The notes under the pieces were generated by a model that was not told the origin of the DNA, did no database searches, and saw only the letters and a list, made by a program, of their open reading frames with translations. From Ignavibacteriales bacterium (GTDB lineage: Bacteria; Bacteroidota; Ignavibacteria; UBA10030; UBA6906), in NCBI GenBank assembly GCA_037441705.1, contig JBBIRR010000047.1, positions 1 through 28,668 of the forward strand: 28,668 nucleotides of DNA. The letters are read 5' to 3'. Position numbers and translations under genes: made by a program. Below, one piece after another: positions 16,466 to 26,313 of the stretch. The first letter of the stretch is position 1; the number at the start of each line of letters is the position of its first letter.

Positions 16466-17028
16466 GGCCGCTCCTTCCCCAGTTGCGCCCGCAGTTTGCG
16501 CCGAGCGTAGTACAATCGGGACATGACCGTGCCGACAGGACACTCGAGCAGCTCGGCTAACATTGCATACGATGTCCCGAGCATATCGCGCGCCACGAGC
16601 AACTCACGATCCTCCGGATCGAGCTTCCAGAGGGCATCCCACACGGCACGCCTCATCTGTTCACGTTCCATCATTTCATCACGGGACGGTTCATCAGCAA
16701 GGACACTGTGGGCCTCTTCAAGCAGGGTCGAGACAGCAACGGGCGCTCTTTTTTTGCTGCGCAGCGTATTCAGACAATGATTCTTCAGAATGCGGTAGTA
16801 CCACGTATAAAATCTCTTTCCGGAATCGAATGTATGAATCGCTCGGAAGGCTTTTGCGAACGCTTCCTGCGAGGCGTCGAGTGCATCATCGTGCCCGCCA
16901 AGAATGCTCAGCGCCGCATAGTATCCCTGCCTCATGTACCTCTTCACCAACAACCCAAACGCCTCCTTGTCCCCGCTTTGACAGCGGCGAATCCACTCTG
17001 TTTCCGTGCTCAGGTCGCTCTCATCCAT
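16462..17028 (-). CDS. ECF sigma factor
   Basis: DALDASQEAF, FYTWYYRILKNHCLN, SYAMLAELLECPVGTVMSRLYYAR. Confidence 0.92.
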   Translation of the reverse strand: MDESDLSTETEWIRRCQSGDKEAFGLLVKRYMRQGYYAALSILGGHDDALDASQEAFAKAFRAIHTFDSGKRFYTWYYRILKNHCLNTLRSKKRAPVAVSTLLEEAHSVLADEPSRDEMMEREQMRRAVWDALWKLDPEDRELLVARDMLGTSYAMLAELLECPVGTVMSRLYYARRKLRAQLGKERP

Positions 17029-17049
17029 GCAATGTCCTTCTGACTATGA

Positions 17050-17074
17050 TACACCGAAGCGGGCGGTATATTCA
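17050..17074 (-). promoter_or_regulatory. Possible ECF-type autoregulatory promoter
   Basis: TGAATA-N15-TGTA upstream of the sigma gene, loosely SigW-like (TGAAAC/CGTA). Confidence 0.3.
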
Positions 17075-17213
17075 ATTCCGTGTCCCGCCCGCCAACAGAA
17101 GCTTTTTGCCTGCCATACGTGTGCGGTGCTTCACGGGATGGGTTTTTCTGTTGCCCTTTCGGCCGCTTCCTCGTACATTGGCTACCAATAGTTCCGAGAC
17201 CAAGGGTGGCCCG

Positions 17214-19118
17214 ATGCGTGCGCAACGTTCGATGTTCTTACCGATGAATATTCAATTCCATACAACATCCTCCACAAAGATCTCTGTGCTGGAGCGAGAT
17301 CGCTCGAAGATTCCGGATCGGTACAAATGGGATTTGACCGACATTTACCCGAACGATGAGGCGTGGCTCGCTGCAAAGCAACGGCTCGTTGCCGAGATCC
17401 CCTCGGTGGCGGCCTTCCGCGGAAAGGTTGCCGAATCACCCCAATCACTCCTGGCCTGTCTCGACCTGACCAGCAGGCTGGATAAGGAACTGAACCGCCT
17501 GTACTGCTACGCCGGCTTACAGTCCGATCTCGACACACGCAATGCAAGCTCGATGGCGATGAAGCAGGAAATGAGCGCCATTGAAGCGGACTTCGCCGCG
17601 GCTGTGTCGTTCATCGAGCCGGAGATTCTCACGATGAGCAAGGAGACGATCGACGCCTTCATCGAGCGCGAACCGGGCCTGGCAATCTACCGCCATCTGC
17701 TCTACGAAAAGCTTCGACGCAAAGAGCACACCGGCACCGAGGGAGAGGAAAAGATCATCGCCGATGCCGGACTGATGGCCGATAGCCCGATGATGCTCTA
17801 CAGCGTGCTGGCGAACGCCGACTTTCCCTTTGCCGAGGTGGAGCTCAGCGACGGAAAAAAGGTGAAGCTCGATCAGGCGGCGTTTGCACTGCACAAAAGC
17901 TCACCGATTCGTGAAGACAGAAAGAAGGTTTTTTCCGCCTACTTCGGCAAGCTGCAGGAGTTCCGCAGAACCTTCGGCGTGAATCTCTATGCAGAAATTA
18001 AGAAGAACCTGTTCTACATGCGAGCGCGCAAGTACGCCTCCTGCCTTGAACACGCGCTCGACGCAGGCAACATCCCCCTGCCGGTGTACACCGGGTTGAT
18101 CGAGAACGCCAACGCCCATCTTGATACGTTTCATCGCTACTTAAAGCTGCGGCGACGGATGCTCGGCGTTGAGCAGCTGCATTATTACGACCTCTACGCT
18201 CCGCTGGTCAAGGACATCGACCTCAAGTACACGTTCGAAGAGGCGTGTGAACAGGTGTTGGCCTCGCTGGCGCCGCTGGGCGAGGAGTATGTCGCCGTCT
18301 CGCGCCGCTGCTTCACAAACCGATGGGTGGATGTGTATCCGAGCGAGGGGAAAATTGCCGGCGCGTACAGCAACGGCGGGGTGTATGACGCGCATCCCTA
18401 CATCCTTCTCAACTTCAACGGCAAGTACGACGACGTGAGCACGCTGACGCACGAGCTCGGGCATACGATGCACAGCTACTTCTCCAACAAGCATCAACCC
18501 TACCCGACATCACATTACTCCATCTTCGTCGCGGAAGTCGCCTCCACCTTCAACGAGGCACTGCTGATGCATTACCTGCTGAAGACGATCACGGACGACG
18601 ACATACGCCTTTCGCTTCTCGGTAACTATCTGGATGGCGTGCGGGGAACGGTGTTCCGTCAGGTGCAGTTCTCGGAGTTTGAGCTGCAGATACATCAAGC
18701 GGCCGAGAGAGGCGAGGCGCTGACGGGCGAGCGATTCAGCGCCATGTACGACGCACTCGTGAAGCGCTACTACGGCCATGAGAAGGGCGTGTGCGTGGTG
18801 GATGATGAGATCAAGGTCGAGTGGGCGCACATCCCTCACTTCTATTATCGCTTCTACGTGTATCAGTACGCAACATCGTTCACCGCATCGGTTGCTCTCT
18901 CGGAACAGGTGCTTGCCGGCGATCGCGCCGCAACCGCACGCTACCTCGATCTGCTCGCATCCGGCGGTTCGGATTACCCCATCGAGCTGTTGAAGCGAGC
19001 CGGCGTGGACATGACGACATCCTCTCCCTTCGAGTTGACCATCACGAAGATGAATCGTGTGATGGATGAGATCGAAACCATCCTTGCTCGAAAAGAGAAC
19101 GGCAGCGGGAAGAAGTAA
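17214..19118 (+). CDS. pepF: Oligoendopeptidase F (M3B)
   Basis: RSKIPDRYKWDL, GAYS, HPYILLN, HELGH zinc motif, AEVASTFNE, FYVYQYA. Start among 17214/17232/17244, not 16563. Confidence 0.95.
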   Translation: MRAQRSMFLPMNIQFHTTSSTKISVLERDRSKIPDRYKWDLTDIYPNDEAWLAAKQRLVAEIPSVAAFRGKVAESPQSLLACLDLTSRLDKELNRLYCYAGLQSDLDTRNASSMAMKQEMSAIEADFAAAVSFIEPEILTMSKETIDAFIEREPGLAIYRHLLYEKLRRKEHTGTEGEEKIIADAGLMADSPMMLYSVLANADFPFAEVELSDGKKVKLDQAAFALHKSSPIREDRKKVFSAYFGKLQEFRRTFGVNLYAEIKKNLFYMRARKYASCLEHALDAGNIPLPVYTGLIENANAHLDTFHRYLKLRRRMLGVEQLHYYDLYAPLVKDIDLKYTFEEACEQVLASLAPLGEEYVAVSRRCFTNRWVDVYPSEGKIAGAYSNGGVYDAHPYILLNFNGKYDDVSTLTHELGHTMHSYFSNKHQPYPTSHYSIFVAEVASTFNEALLMHYLLKTITDDDIRLSLLGNYLDGVRGTVFRQVQFSEFELQIHQAAERGEALTGERFSAMYDALVKRYYGHEKGVCVVDDEIKVEWAHIPHFYYRFYVYQYATSFTASVALSEQVLAGDRAATARYLDLLASGGSDYPIELLKRAGVDMTTSSPFELTITKMNRVMDEIETILARKENGSGKK

Positions 19119-19292
19119 AAGGCGACGCGGTACCTGGCGTTCCTGCAGGCCGGCGGGTCGGATTATGCGATCGCGCTTCTCCGAAATGCAGGGGTGGATA
19201 TGACAACCTCGAAGCCGTTCGAGGTGACGATGAACAGGATGAACGCGGTCATGGGTGAAATGGAACGCCTCCTCACGACGTTGAACCGATAA
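19119..19292 (+). pseudogene. Start-less C-terminal fragment of a second pepF paralogue
   Basis: KATRYLAFLQAGGSDYAIALLRNAGVDMTTSKPFEVTMNRMNAVMGEMERLLTTLNR*; 31/49 aa identical to the PepF C-terminus. Confidence 0.85.
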
Positions 19293-19344
19293 CAATCAGG
19301 CCGCCGGTCGCGATCCATCTGACGGGACCGGACGAACAACGGTA

Positions 19345-19383
19345 TCGCTCCGTCCTCTATCTCTTTCCGGAGAGGCGGAGCGA
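19345..19383. terminator. Hairpin between convergent genes, possible terminator
   Basis: TCGCTCCG(T)CCTCT ... AGAGGCGGAGCGA; no clear U-tract. Confidence 0.35.
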
Positions 19384-19395
19384 GCCGGGGGGATT

Positions 19396-20526
19396 TCACC
19401 TCACCACACTCTCCAGCTTTTTCTCGGGGGCGCGCAGTTTCTGAAGCACTTCTCTCGCCTTCTGCCTTCCCATTTCAAACGTCTGCCCGAGCTTAGGCTG
19501 AACAAACTCCGTGTCCTGCACCGGCAGCTCCTCGTCCGGCGCGATGATGACGGGATGCACAATGTGTTTGTTGCCCTGCTTGAAGGTGAAGTTCTTCTCC
19601 TCCTCGGCGAGAAGTTCCTCCAGTTGCGCGCGTGTCCGGTCGTTGGAGACGGCGCTGAGGACTCTGCTCTTGAGCCGTTCCCATGTTTCGATGTCGTTGT
19701 TGACGTCCTGCACCGTTTGCATATCGCGATGGAAATAGAGATTCGGCAGAAGCTCCACTGCGGTACGAATGAGCATGGAGAAAACGTTGGGGAACGTGGC
19801 CTTGATGCTCTCTTCCGTCTTGTTGGGATAGGTGGGATACGTGTTCACGACATACAGTTCGCTGATATCTCCGGTTTGCAGAATGGTTTTCAGCGGCGTT
19901 TTGTTCGAGATGCCTCCGTCGGCATAGAGCTGGGGCGTGTTCTGCAGGTGTTCGGGAATTTCCGGGTCCATCACCACGGTACGCACGGGAGGGTACGCGA
20001 CGGTGGTAATGGTGGAGGCCATGATGTACTCTTTCGCCTTCTCGCGATCGGGTTCGGTGGTCAGGCACTGGAGATACGCCGCACCGGTGTTCAGCGACGT
20101 CAGGGACACGAAGAAGTCATCAACCGTACGCCGCGAGCGGATGGCATCGAGGTCGAGATAGTTCTCGACGTACTTCGTGTAGAGCGGAGTGTTATCGAAG
20201 AGAGAATTGACGCCTTTCAGCGAGGGCCACTTCTCGAGCCGATGGAAGGCGAACGTGACGAAGAGTTTGAAAATCTCCCACCCCCGCACTTTGTAAATAT
20301 CGTCGTTGCTCAGCCGTTTCCAGTGGTATTCAATTTCGTGGCGGGCGTCTGCCAGCGACGGCGCCTGTGCGATGCTCATACCGTTGAGCGCGCCGACGGA
20401 CGTACCCGAGAGGATGTTGATACGCTTCCCCGTCTGCTCGAAGTACTCTAACAACTCAACCAGCGCTCCGGCCTGAAACGCGCCTCGCGCACCGCCGCCC
20501 GAAAGAACCAACGCAAGCTTACCCAT
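19396..20526 (-). CDS. Patatin-like phospholipase
   Basis: GGGARG, GTSVG, DGG motifs. Confidence 0.92.
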   Translation of the reverse strand: MGKLALVLSGGGARGAFQAGALVELLEYFEQTGKRINILSGTSVGALNGMSIAQAPSLADARHEIEYHWKRLSNDDIYKVRGWEIFKLFVTFAFHRLEKWPSLKGVNSLFDNTPLYTKYVENYLDLDAIRSRRTVDDFFVSLTSLNTGAAYLQCLTTEPDREKAKEYIMASTITTVAYPPVRTVVMDPEIPEHLQNTPQLYADGGISNKTPLKTILQTGDISELYVVNTYPTYPNKTEESIKATFPNVFSMLIRTAVELLPNLYFHRDMQTVQDVNNDIETWERLKSRVLSAVSNDRTRAQLEELLAEEEKNFTFKQGNKHIVHPVIIAPDEELPVQDTEFVQPKLGQTFEMGRQKAREVLQKLRAPEKKLESVVR

Positions 20527-20613
20527 AACGAAACGTCACCGTGACATGTTATCGAGAAGGTCGATGGAGCATGAACTAAGATAGAAAAGTTTTGAAGAGT
20601 TACAAACATCCTT

Positions 20614-21303
20614 TCAGTGTTTCGACAGAATCTTTCTCGCCTCGGCAAACACCTGATCGAACATCGGCTCAGTCAGACGGCGCGTGAACGTGTTTTGCTG
20701 GCTGGGATGGAACGAGGCGATGAACGTCAATCCGCCGAAGCGGTAGACAGCACCGTGGGCGAACTTCGGACGCGCTGCGAATGCAATCCTGCCCAATGTA
20801 CGATAGGCATTCAGCGCCGCATCGAAGCCGATCTTTCCCAAGCCGATGACGACGCGGATGTTCTTCAACAGAGCAATTTCCTCCAGAAGATACGGCCGGC
20901 AGTTGGCAATCTCCCTGGAGGTCGGCTTGTTCAGCGGCGGTGCACAGCGCAGCGTGGCCGTGATGTAGCAGTCGGTCAGCTTCAACCCATCGTTGCGATG
21001 GACCGACTCCGGCTGGTTAGCGAAGCCTGCTTTATACAGCGCGCGGTACAGCCAGGTGCCGCTGTTGTCGCCCGTGAACATCCTTCCGGTGCGGTTGCCT
21101 CCGTGTGCCGCGGGCGCAAGTCCCACGAGAAGCAATCGTGCTTCGGGATCGCCGAAGCTGGGGACGGGCTTGCCCCAATACTCGTCGTCGGCATAGCGCT
21201 TCACTTTCTCTCGTGCAACGCGTTCGCGCCAGCGCACCAGACGCGGGCAGCGGCGGCATGCAACGATCGTAGACTGGAGAACAACGATAGGGAGACGCTT
21301 CAT
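20614..21303 (-). CDS. Uracil-DNA glycosylase, family 5 (UdgB-like)
   Basis: CRRCPRL, GLAPAAHGGNRTGRMFTGD, RCAPPLNKP, HPSQQN. Start taken at 21303. Confidence 0.92.
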   Translation of the reverse strand: MKRLPIVVLQSTIVACRRCPRLVRWRERVAREKVKRYADDEYWGKPVPSFGDPEARLLLVGLAPAAHGGNRTGRMFTGDNSGTWLYRALYKAGFANQPESVHRNDGLKLTDCYITATLRCAPPLNKPTSREIANCRPYLLEEIALLKNIRVVIGLGKIGFDAALNAYRTLGRIAFAARPKFAHGAVYRFGGLTFIASFHPSQQNTFTRRLTEPMFDQVFAEARKILSKH

Positions 21304-21341
21304 CGTCCGACGGCATTGGAACGGTTGAGCATCGAACGCGC

Positions 21342-22076
21342 TCACACGAATCGCGTTCCTAACACATGCGGCAGCATCTTTTTCCATGTCGGCCAATCAT
21401 GAGGAATGTCATGCCCCCACAGATCCACCACATGGGGAATGCCTTTCGCTTCAAGAATTTTGCCAAGCTGCACGGACCGTTCGGGCGCTTCCCACGCACC
21501 CTGACCGCTGAGGATGTAAATGTGATGCTTCGAGCGAAGACGGCTCAGGTAGTACTCGTCGGTAAGATTGGGAAGATAATCCACCGGCGAGTTGAAGTAG
21601 CAGTTGTCGTCGTAGTAGCCTTTGGTGTAAGATTTCAGGTCGTACGTCCCGCTCATCGCGATCGTTCCTTCGAATACATCGGGCCGTCGGAAGAGCATGT
21701 TGGCGGCGTGCAGCGCGCCGAAGCTTGCGCCGGTGGTAACGATCGGCGTTTCGGCGCTCGTCATGGCGCGGATGAACGGCACGACCTCCTCGACAATATA
21801 CTCGTTGTACTGTTGATGACGAATGGCGCGATGCGGCGGAGGGATGTGATCGTTCAGCCAGCTTTCGTTGTTGATGCTGTTGACCGAGAAGACCTTCACT
21901 TTCCCGGCCTCGATGAACGGCGCGATGGCATCTATCAACCCGAACCGCTCATACTCCAAGTAATCAGCCGCAGCAGTCGGAAACATCAGCAGCGCAAAGC
22001 CGTAATGGCCGTACACAGCGATCTCCATGTCCTTGTTGAGATGCGGACTGTACCAGCGATGGATTTCACGGTGCAT
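21342..22076 (-). CDS. Alpha/beta-hydrolase, putative esterase
   Basis: YGHYG...FPT, GASFG nucleophile elbow, HDWPTW. Confidence 0.9.
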   Translation of the reverse strand: MHREIHRWYSPHLNKDMEIAVYGHYGFALLMFPTAAADYLEYERFGLIDAIAPFIEAGKVKVFSVNSINNESWLNDHIPPPHRAIRHQQYNEYIVEEVVPFIRAMTSAETPIVTTGASFGALHAANMLFRRPDVFEGTIAMSGTYDLKSYTKGYYDDNCYFNSPVDYLPNLTDEYYLSRLRSKHHIYILSGQGAWEAPERSVQLGKILEAKGIPHVVDLWGHDIPHDWPTWKKMLPHVLGTRFV

Positions 22077-22148
22077 AGAGGGGTACTCACGCTATGAGGA
22101 TATTTCTTCTACACTCCGATGAGAGAAATCGCTGTTGAGGGTCTGGGT

Positions 22149-23456
22149 TCATTCCTTATCGCTGCGCGCCTTTTGTAGTCTCATTCTATATACAACACCA
22201 TCCTTCATAACGAACGTCACACGTTCCAGCACCGTCACGTCGCTCAGCGGATCGCCTTCCACGGCGATGATATCGGCGAGCTTGCCCGGCTCGATGCTGC
22301 CCAGCTCGTGGTGAACATTGAGTGCTTCGGCGGAGATGATGGTTGCCGAGCGGATCGCCTCCATCGGTGTACGTCCCGCCATCACATGCAGCCGAAACTC
22401 CTGCGCCGAAAGACCGAGCGGCATCGAAACCATGTCGCTGCCGAAAGCGATCTTCACGCCCCGCTGCGCAGCCTTGCGGATGTTTTCGAGCATTGTGCCG
22501 AAGTGTTTTCGCGAAAGCTCGTAGGCTTTCCGTCTCCCCGGCGACGCCTTCGGCCCCGGATCCTCCGCCAGAACCTCGATTGTACGCATGGTGGGAACGA
22601 GGAACGTGCCGTGCTTCTTCATCAACTCAATTCCTTCATCGTCAATGAACGTGCCGTGCTCGATCGTCCGCACACCTGCCTTTACCGCGGCCTTGATTCC
22701 CTGCGCGCCGTGTGCGTGCGCGGCGACGAATTTGCCCAGCCGCGTCGCTTCTTCTACGGCAACACGCATCTCCTCATCCGAGAAATGCTGCTGCGTCGGA
22801 TCGTCGCCGGCCGAAAAGAATCCGCCTGTGGCGTACAGCTTGATCCAATCGCAGCCGTACTTCGCATCGCGGCGCACCGCCTTGCGCATCTCCTCGACAC
22901 CGTTGATGATGTTCTCGAATTCCGTCTCCCGTTCCGGCGGTGCGAGATTGTTATCCGCGTGGCCGCCGGTGATGGAGAGGAAGCGTCCGCCGACAAACAT
23001 GCGCGGGCCCGGAAACCAGCCGCGGTTGACCGCGTCGCGCACGGAGCAACCTGCGTAGTTCGGCCCGCCACCGCCGGGATCGCGGATGGTCGTAAAGCCC
23101 GAACGCAGGATCTTCTCGGCGTTGCGCACGCCGCTCAACGCATTGTCCGCCGCCGAGCCGCGCGTTCCCCCTTCGATGTTGTCAAGAAAATGGCAGTGCA
23201 GGTCGAACAGTCCCGGAAGCACGGTAGCATTCGACAGATCAATCACCTCTGCACCGGAGGGAACCGCGGTGCCGACGGACGCAATGCGGTTTCCTTCGAC
23301 CACAACCACTGCGCGCGGGATGGCCCTTGCATTCTTCACATCGATCAGCCTCCCGCAGGTGATGGCGATGAGCTTCGCCTGAGAGAAGCTATTGGCGGAA
23401 GCTAATCCTGCCAGAAGAACCAGAATGATACCGCCGTGCAACGGTTGAGTTTGCAT
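22149..23456 (-). CDS. Secreted metal-dependent amidohydrolase (Xaa-Pro dipeptidase-like)
   Basis: Signal peptide, PGLFDLHCH, WIKLY, AAHAHG, IEHG, FGSD, GKLADII. Confidence 0.9.
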   Translation of the reverse strand: MQTQPLHGGIILVLLAGLASANSFSQAKLIAITCGRLIDVKNARAIPRAVVVVEGNRIASVGTAVPSGAEVIDLSNATVLPGLFDLHCHFLDNIEGGTRGSAADNALSGVRNAEKILRSGFTTIRDPGGGGPNYAGCSVRDAVNRGWFPGPRMFVGGRFLSITGGHADNNLAPPERETEFENIINGVEEMRKAVRRDAKYGCDWIKLYATGGFFSAGDDPTQQHFSDEEMRVAVEEATRLGKFVAAHAHGAQGIKAAVKAGVRTIEHGTFIDDEGIELMKKHGTFLVPTMRTIEVLAEDPGPKASPGRRKAYELSRKHFGTMLENIRKAAQRGVKIAFGSDMVSMPLGLSAQEFRLHVMAGRTPMEAIRSATIISAEALNVHHELGSIEPGKLADIIAVEGDPLSDVTVLERVTFVMKDGVVYRMRLQKARSDKE

Positions 23457-23467
23457 TTCATCTTCAC

Positions 23468-23977
23468 CTACGCCGGCGGCTGATAGGGGGGTTGTACCAT
23501 CTGCTGCTTGGGCTTGAGCACGGCGTAGCCGATGAGACCGCCTACCAGGCCGAAAATCACGTCAATGATGATGCCGATGATAAGATTGAACACCGAGATC
23601 TCCCCCTCGCGAATGCCCTGTTCCATCTGATCCCAGGCTTCCGGAGGAATGTTGTCCTTGAATCCTTCCATGAACTTCAGCATCATCTCGCCACCCACAT
23701 TGCCCGCTACTTGCATGATGATAATGGTGAGAAGTCCGCCGATGATTCCGCCGAAGACACCGGCAAGCGCTCCAAGCTGAATGCCATCGCTGCTCGTCAG
23801 AGCCGGCATCTCAGGCGTAAGCTCTTTCTTATAAAAGAAGACTGCCATGAAGCCGCCGAGCATCACGCCCGCACAGCACAGGCAGTTGATGAGATTCAAT
23901 CCGGGCACGGCACTGATGACTGCCATGATGATTCCGCCGTACAGCGCCGGCATGAGCATACTGGGTTTCTCAGGCAT
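23468..23977 (-). CDS. Hypothetical membrane protein (about four TM segments)
   Basis: AAGGAG SD before ATG 23977; hydrophobic Gly-rich helices; NCLCC motif. Confidence 0.8.
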   Translation of the reverse strand: MPEKPSMLMPALYGGIIMAVISAVPGLNLINCLCCAGVMLGGFMAVFFYKKELTPEMPALTSSDGIQLGALAGVFGGIIGGLLTIIIMQVAGNVGGEMMLKFMEGFKDNIPPEAWDQMEQGIREGEISVFNLIIGIIIDVIFGLVGGLIGYAVLKPKQQMVQPPYQPPA

Positions 23978-23991
23978 GGGGAGGCTCCTTT

Positions 23992-24492
23992 CTATTGTTT
24001 GTTGATGGTGGAGAGCAGCGTCGGAGATTTGCGTGGAACAAGTTGCTGCACACCCTCGATTGCCGTCGGGAAAAGGATCAGCGACACAACATACCCGAAC
24101 ATTCCGCCGGTGATTGCGCGCGTCCAAACGGTGCTGGTATACAATCCCGCCCACTCTGCAGCAACCTCGAAGACAATGGGCAGCAGTGCGAGGATGAGGA
24201 TCGCTCGCGACGGTGTTCGCCTCGTTCCCCATTTGCGCGTGAGTGGAAAAAGACACCCGCCGACCAGAAATGCAAAGTACATCGAGGAACATCGCACACA
24301 GACCGCCAGCTTTTGGCCGAAGAGAAAGAACGAGCGTTCGGGACGCTGGTGGCAAATCGGCTGAAAGAATCTATAGACGTACTCTGCAAGCGGTGACGAG
24401 GAGGCTGCAAGCAGCGGTGCAAAGAGAATCGCCGCACACCAAAGGAGGGCACCGGTGAGGATGACGGCGTATGTTGCTCGGGGAAGATTCAT
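23992..24492 (-). CDS. DUF2085-like membrane protein
   Basis: ICHQRPERSF...VCVRC signature, RAITG. Confidence 0.85.
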   Translation of the reverse strand: MNLPRATYAVILTGALLWCAAILFAPLLAASSSPLAEYVYRFFQPICHQRPERSFFLFGQKLAVCVRCSSMYFAFLVGGCLFPLTRKWGTRRTPSRAILILALLPIVFEVAAEWAGLYTSTVWTRAITGGMFGYVVSLILFPTAIEGVQQLVPRKSPTLLSTINKQ

Positions 24493-24536
24493 CGGGGATT
24501 GCAGCAACGAGCCTGACGTGGTCAGCAACCGCACGT

Positions 24537-24565
24537 AACTTAGCCGAAAAAGAATGGAGAGTCAA
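24537..24565 (-). promoter_or_regulatory. Putative sigma70 promoter
   Basis: TTGACT-N17-TAAGTT upstream of the DUF2085 gene. Confidence 0.5.
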
Positions 24566-24645
24566 GTGTGAACAGGGTTACGCTGCATCTGGCATCGTGA
24601 TCTCCTTCTGTTTATCTTTGATTGAATACTTTCTAACGAACTCGA

Positions 24646-25638
24646 ATGACGCCTTCATCAAATTTTGCATTACAGAAACAGGCCGCGCTGATTTCTCTCC
24701 TCGTCGGATTTCTCATGCTGACCATCAAAACCGCGGCGTATTTCATCACGCACTCGACGGCGATCCTCTCCGATGCGCTCGAATCCATCGTTCACGTTGC
24801 CGCCACCGCGATGGCATTCTACAGCGTCATCCTCAGTGCGCGGCCCGCCGATGCGTCGCATCCGTACGGACACGGGAAGGTGGAGTTTTTTTCTGCGGGA
24901 ATTGAAGGCGTGTTGATCGTGATTGCTGCCGTTGCCATTCTGTATGAAGCAGTCCGCGCCATCCTCTTCGGACGGGAACTTGCAGCACTGGACACCGGTA
25001 TGGCTCTCACGCTTGCTGCGTCCATCATCAACCTTGTCCTCGGTTGGTTCCTCATCCGGCGCGGGAGAGCCACCCGTTCCCTGACACTCGTCGCCGACGG
25101 CAAACATGTCCTCACCGATTCGTGGACAAGCTTCGGCGTCGTGGCAGGACTTCTGTTAGTGCGTTTGACGGGGATTCAGATTCTCGATCCGCTGGTCGCG
25201 TCGGCCGTTGCGCTAAACATCCTCCTCTCGGGCTATCAGCTGATGCGCGTGTCGGTTGGTGGTTTGATGGATGAGTCGGATCGGACGACCCTGCAGCACG
25301 TGGTGGCAATCATCAACAACCACCGAACGCCAGAGTGGATCAATGTGCATCATCTGCGGGTGATGCGCTCGGGACAGATGCGCCATGTGGATTTTCATCT
25401 CACCATTCCGTATTACTGGACCGTCCAGCAAGCGCATGCGTTTCAGGGAACCGTCGAGCATCATCTTCGCAGCGGCCTGGACCATCAGGCGTCGGTGCTG
25501 ATTCATCTCGACCCGTGCGTCCCATCGTGCTGTGCCATGTGCAACCTGAGTGCATGCCCCGTTCGGTCGGCGCCGTTCACGGCGCCACCGGAGTGGGATG
25601 TTGCAGCGCTTGTAGGGAAGCCGCCGTACACGTCGTAG
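24646..25638 (+). CDS. Cation diffusion facilitator (FieF-like) transporter
   Basis: SDALES, HPYGHGKVE, ADGKHVLTD, IHLDP. Confidence 0.93.
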   Translation: MTPSSNFALQKQAALISLLVGFLMLTIKTAAYFITHSTAILSDALESIVHVAATAMAFYSVILSARPADASHPYGHGKVEFFSAGIEGVLIVIAAVAILYEAVRAILFGRELAALDTGMALTLAASIINLVLGWFLIRRGRATRSLTLVADGKHVLTDSWTSFGVVAGLLLVRLTGIQILDPLVASAVALNILLSGYQLMRVSVGGLMDESDRTTLQHVVAIINNHRTPEWINVHHLRVMRSGQMRHVDFHLTIPYYWTVQQAHAFQGTVEHHLRSGLDHQASVLIHLDPCVPSCCAMCNLSACPVRSAPFTAPPEWDVAALVGKPPYTS

Positions 25639-25648
25639 GGCTTCTTGC

Positions 25649-26263
25649 TCACACATCTCCTCTGTATCGCTCCTCCTTCCACGGATCGGCGGACATGCTG
25701 TAGCCGTTCTCTTCCCAGAAGCCGGGCCTGTCGTCGGCGAGAAACTCCAACGCATGAATCCACTTCGCGCCTTTCCACGCGTAGCGCAGCGGCGTGAAGA
25801 CGCGCACCGGGCCGCCGTGTTTGCGGGGCAGCGGCTCGCCATTGAATGTGTGGGCCAACATCACATCTTCCTCGATCATAACGCTCAGCGGAAGATTCGT
25901 CGTGTATCCACCGTAAGCATGCTGCATGACAAATCGTGCCTCGGGCCTGAGCGGGATGTGCTTCACGAGGTCGCGAAACAAGACGCCTGTCCACCTATCG
26001 TTGAAACGGCTCCACGTCGTAACACAATGGAAGTCGGCATTGATCGTCGTCTGCGGCAGACGCATAAACTCCTCCCACGTCCAGACCATTTCCTGCGCAA
26101 CACACCCAAAGGCACGCAGTCGCCAGTCTGCTATCGCAACGTCCGGCGTTACGCCGTGCGTAAGAACGGGGAACTTTGCCGTGGCAATCTGTCCGGGCGG
26201 AAGTTTGGGCTTGCCGTAGGAGTTGGTTCCGGATATGCTTGGTGCACCTTCGAAGAGTTTCAT
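25649..26263 (-). CDS. Sulfite oxidase-like molybdopterin oxidoreductase (YuiH-like)
   Basis: LPPGQ, DFHCVTTWS, YTTNLPL, HGGPVR, YAWKGAKW, GFWEENGY. Confidence 0.92.
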   Translation of the reverse strand: MKLFEGAPSISGTNSYGKPKLPPGQIATAKFPVLTHGVTPDVAIADWRLRAFGCVAQEMVWTWEEFMRLPQTTINADFHCVTTWSRFNDRWTGVLFRDLVKHIPLRPEARFVMQHAYGGYTTNLPLSVMIEEDVMLAHTFNGEPLPRKHGGPVRVFTPLRYAWKGAKWIHALEFLADDRPGFWEENGYSMSADPWKEERYRGDV

Positions 26264-26313
26264 CGTTTCGATCTCTGATCGCCGATGCGCGAAGTTGTAG
26301 AGCGCGTTGTGCG

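Noticed and set aside
16563-17213. N-terminal ~217 aa of the 851-aa PepF ORF
   Set aside because: Antisense to the ECF sigma gene; PepF similarity begins only after ~17280.
18930-19292. DGR variable/template repeat pair at the pepF 3' end
   Set aside because: Differences are not adenine-specific, are largely synonymous or conservative, and there is no reverse transcriptase in the window.
22118-22146. Third copy of the duplicated promoter upstream of the esterase
   Set aside because: Only partial spacer similarity (GAGAAATCG...GAG); -35 and -10 boxes do not match.
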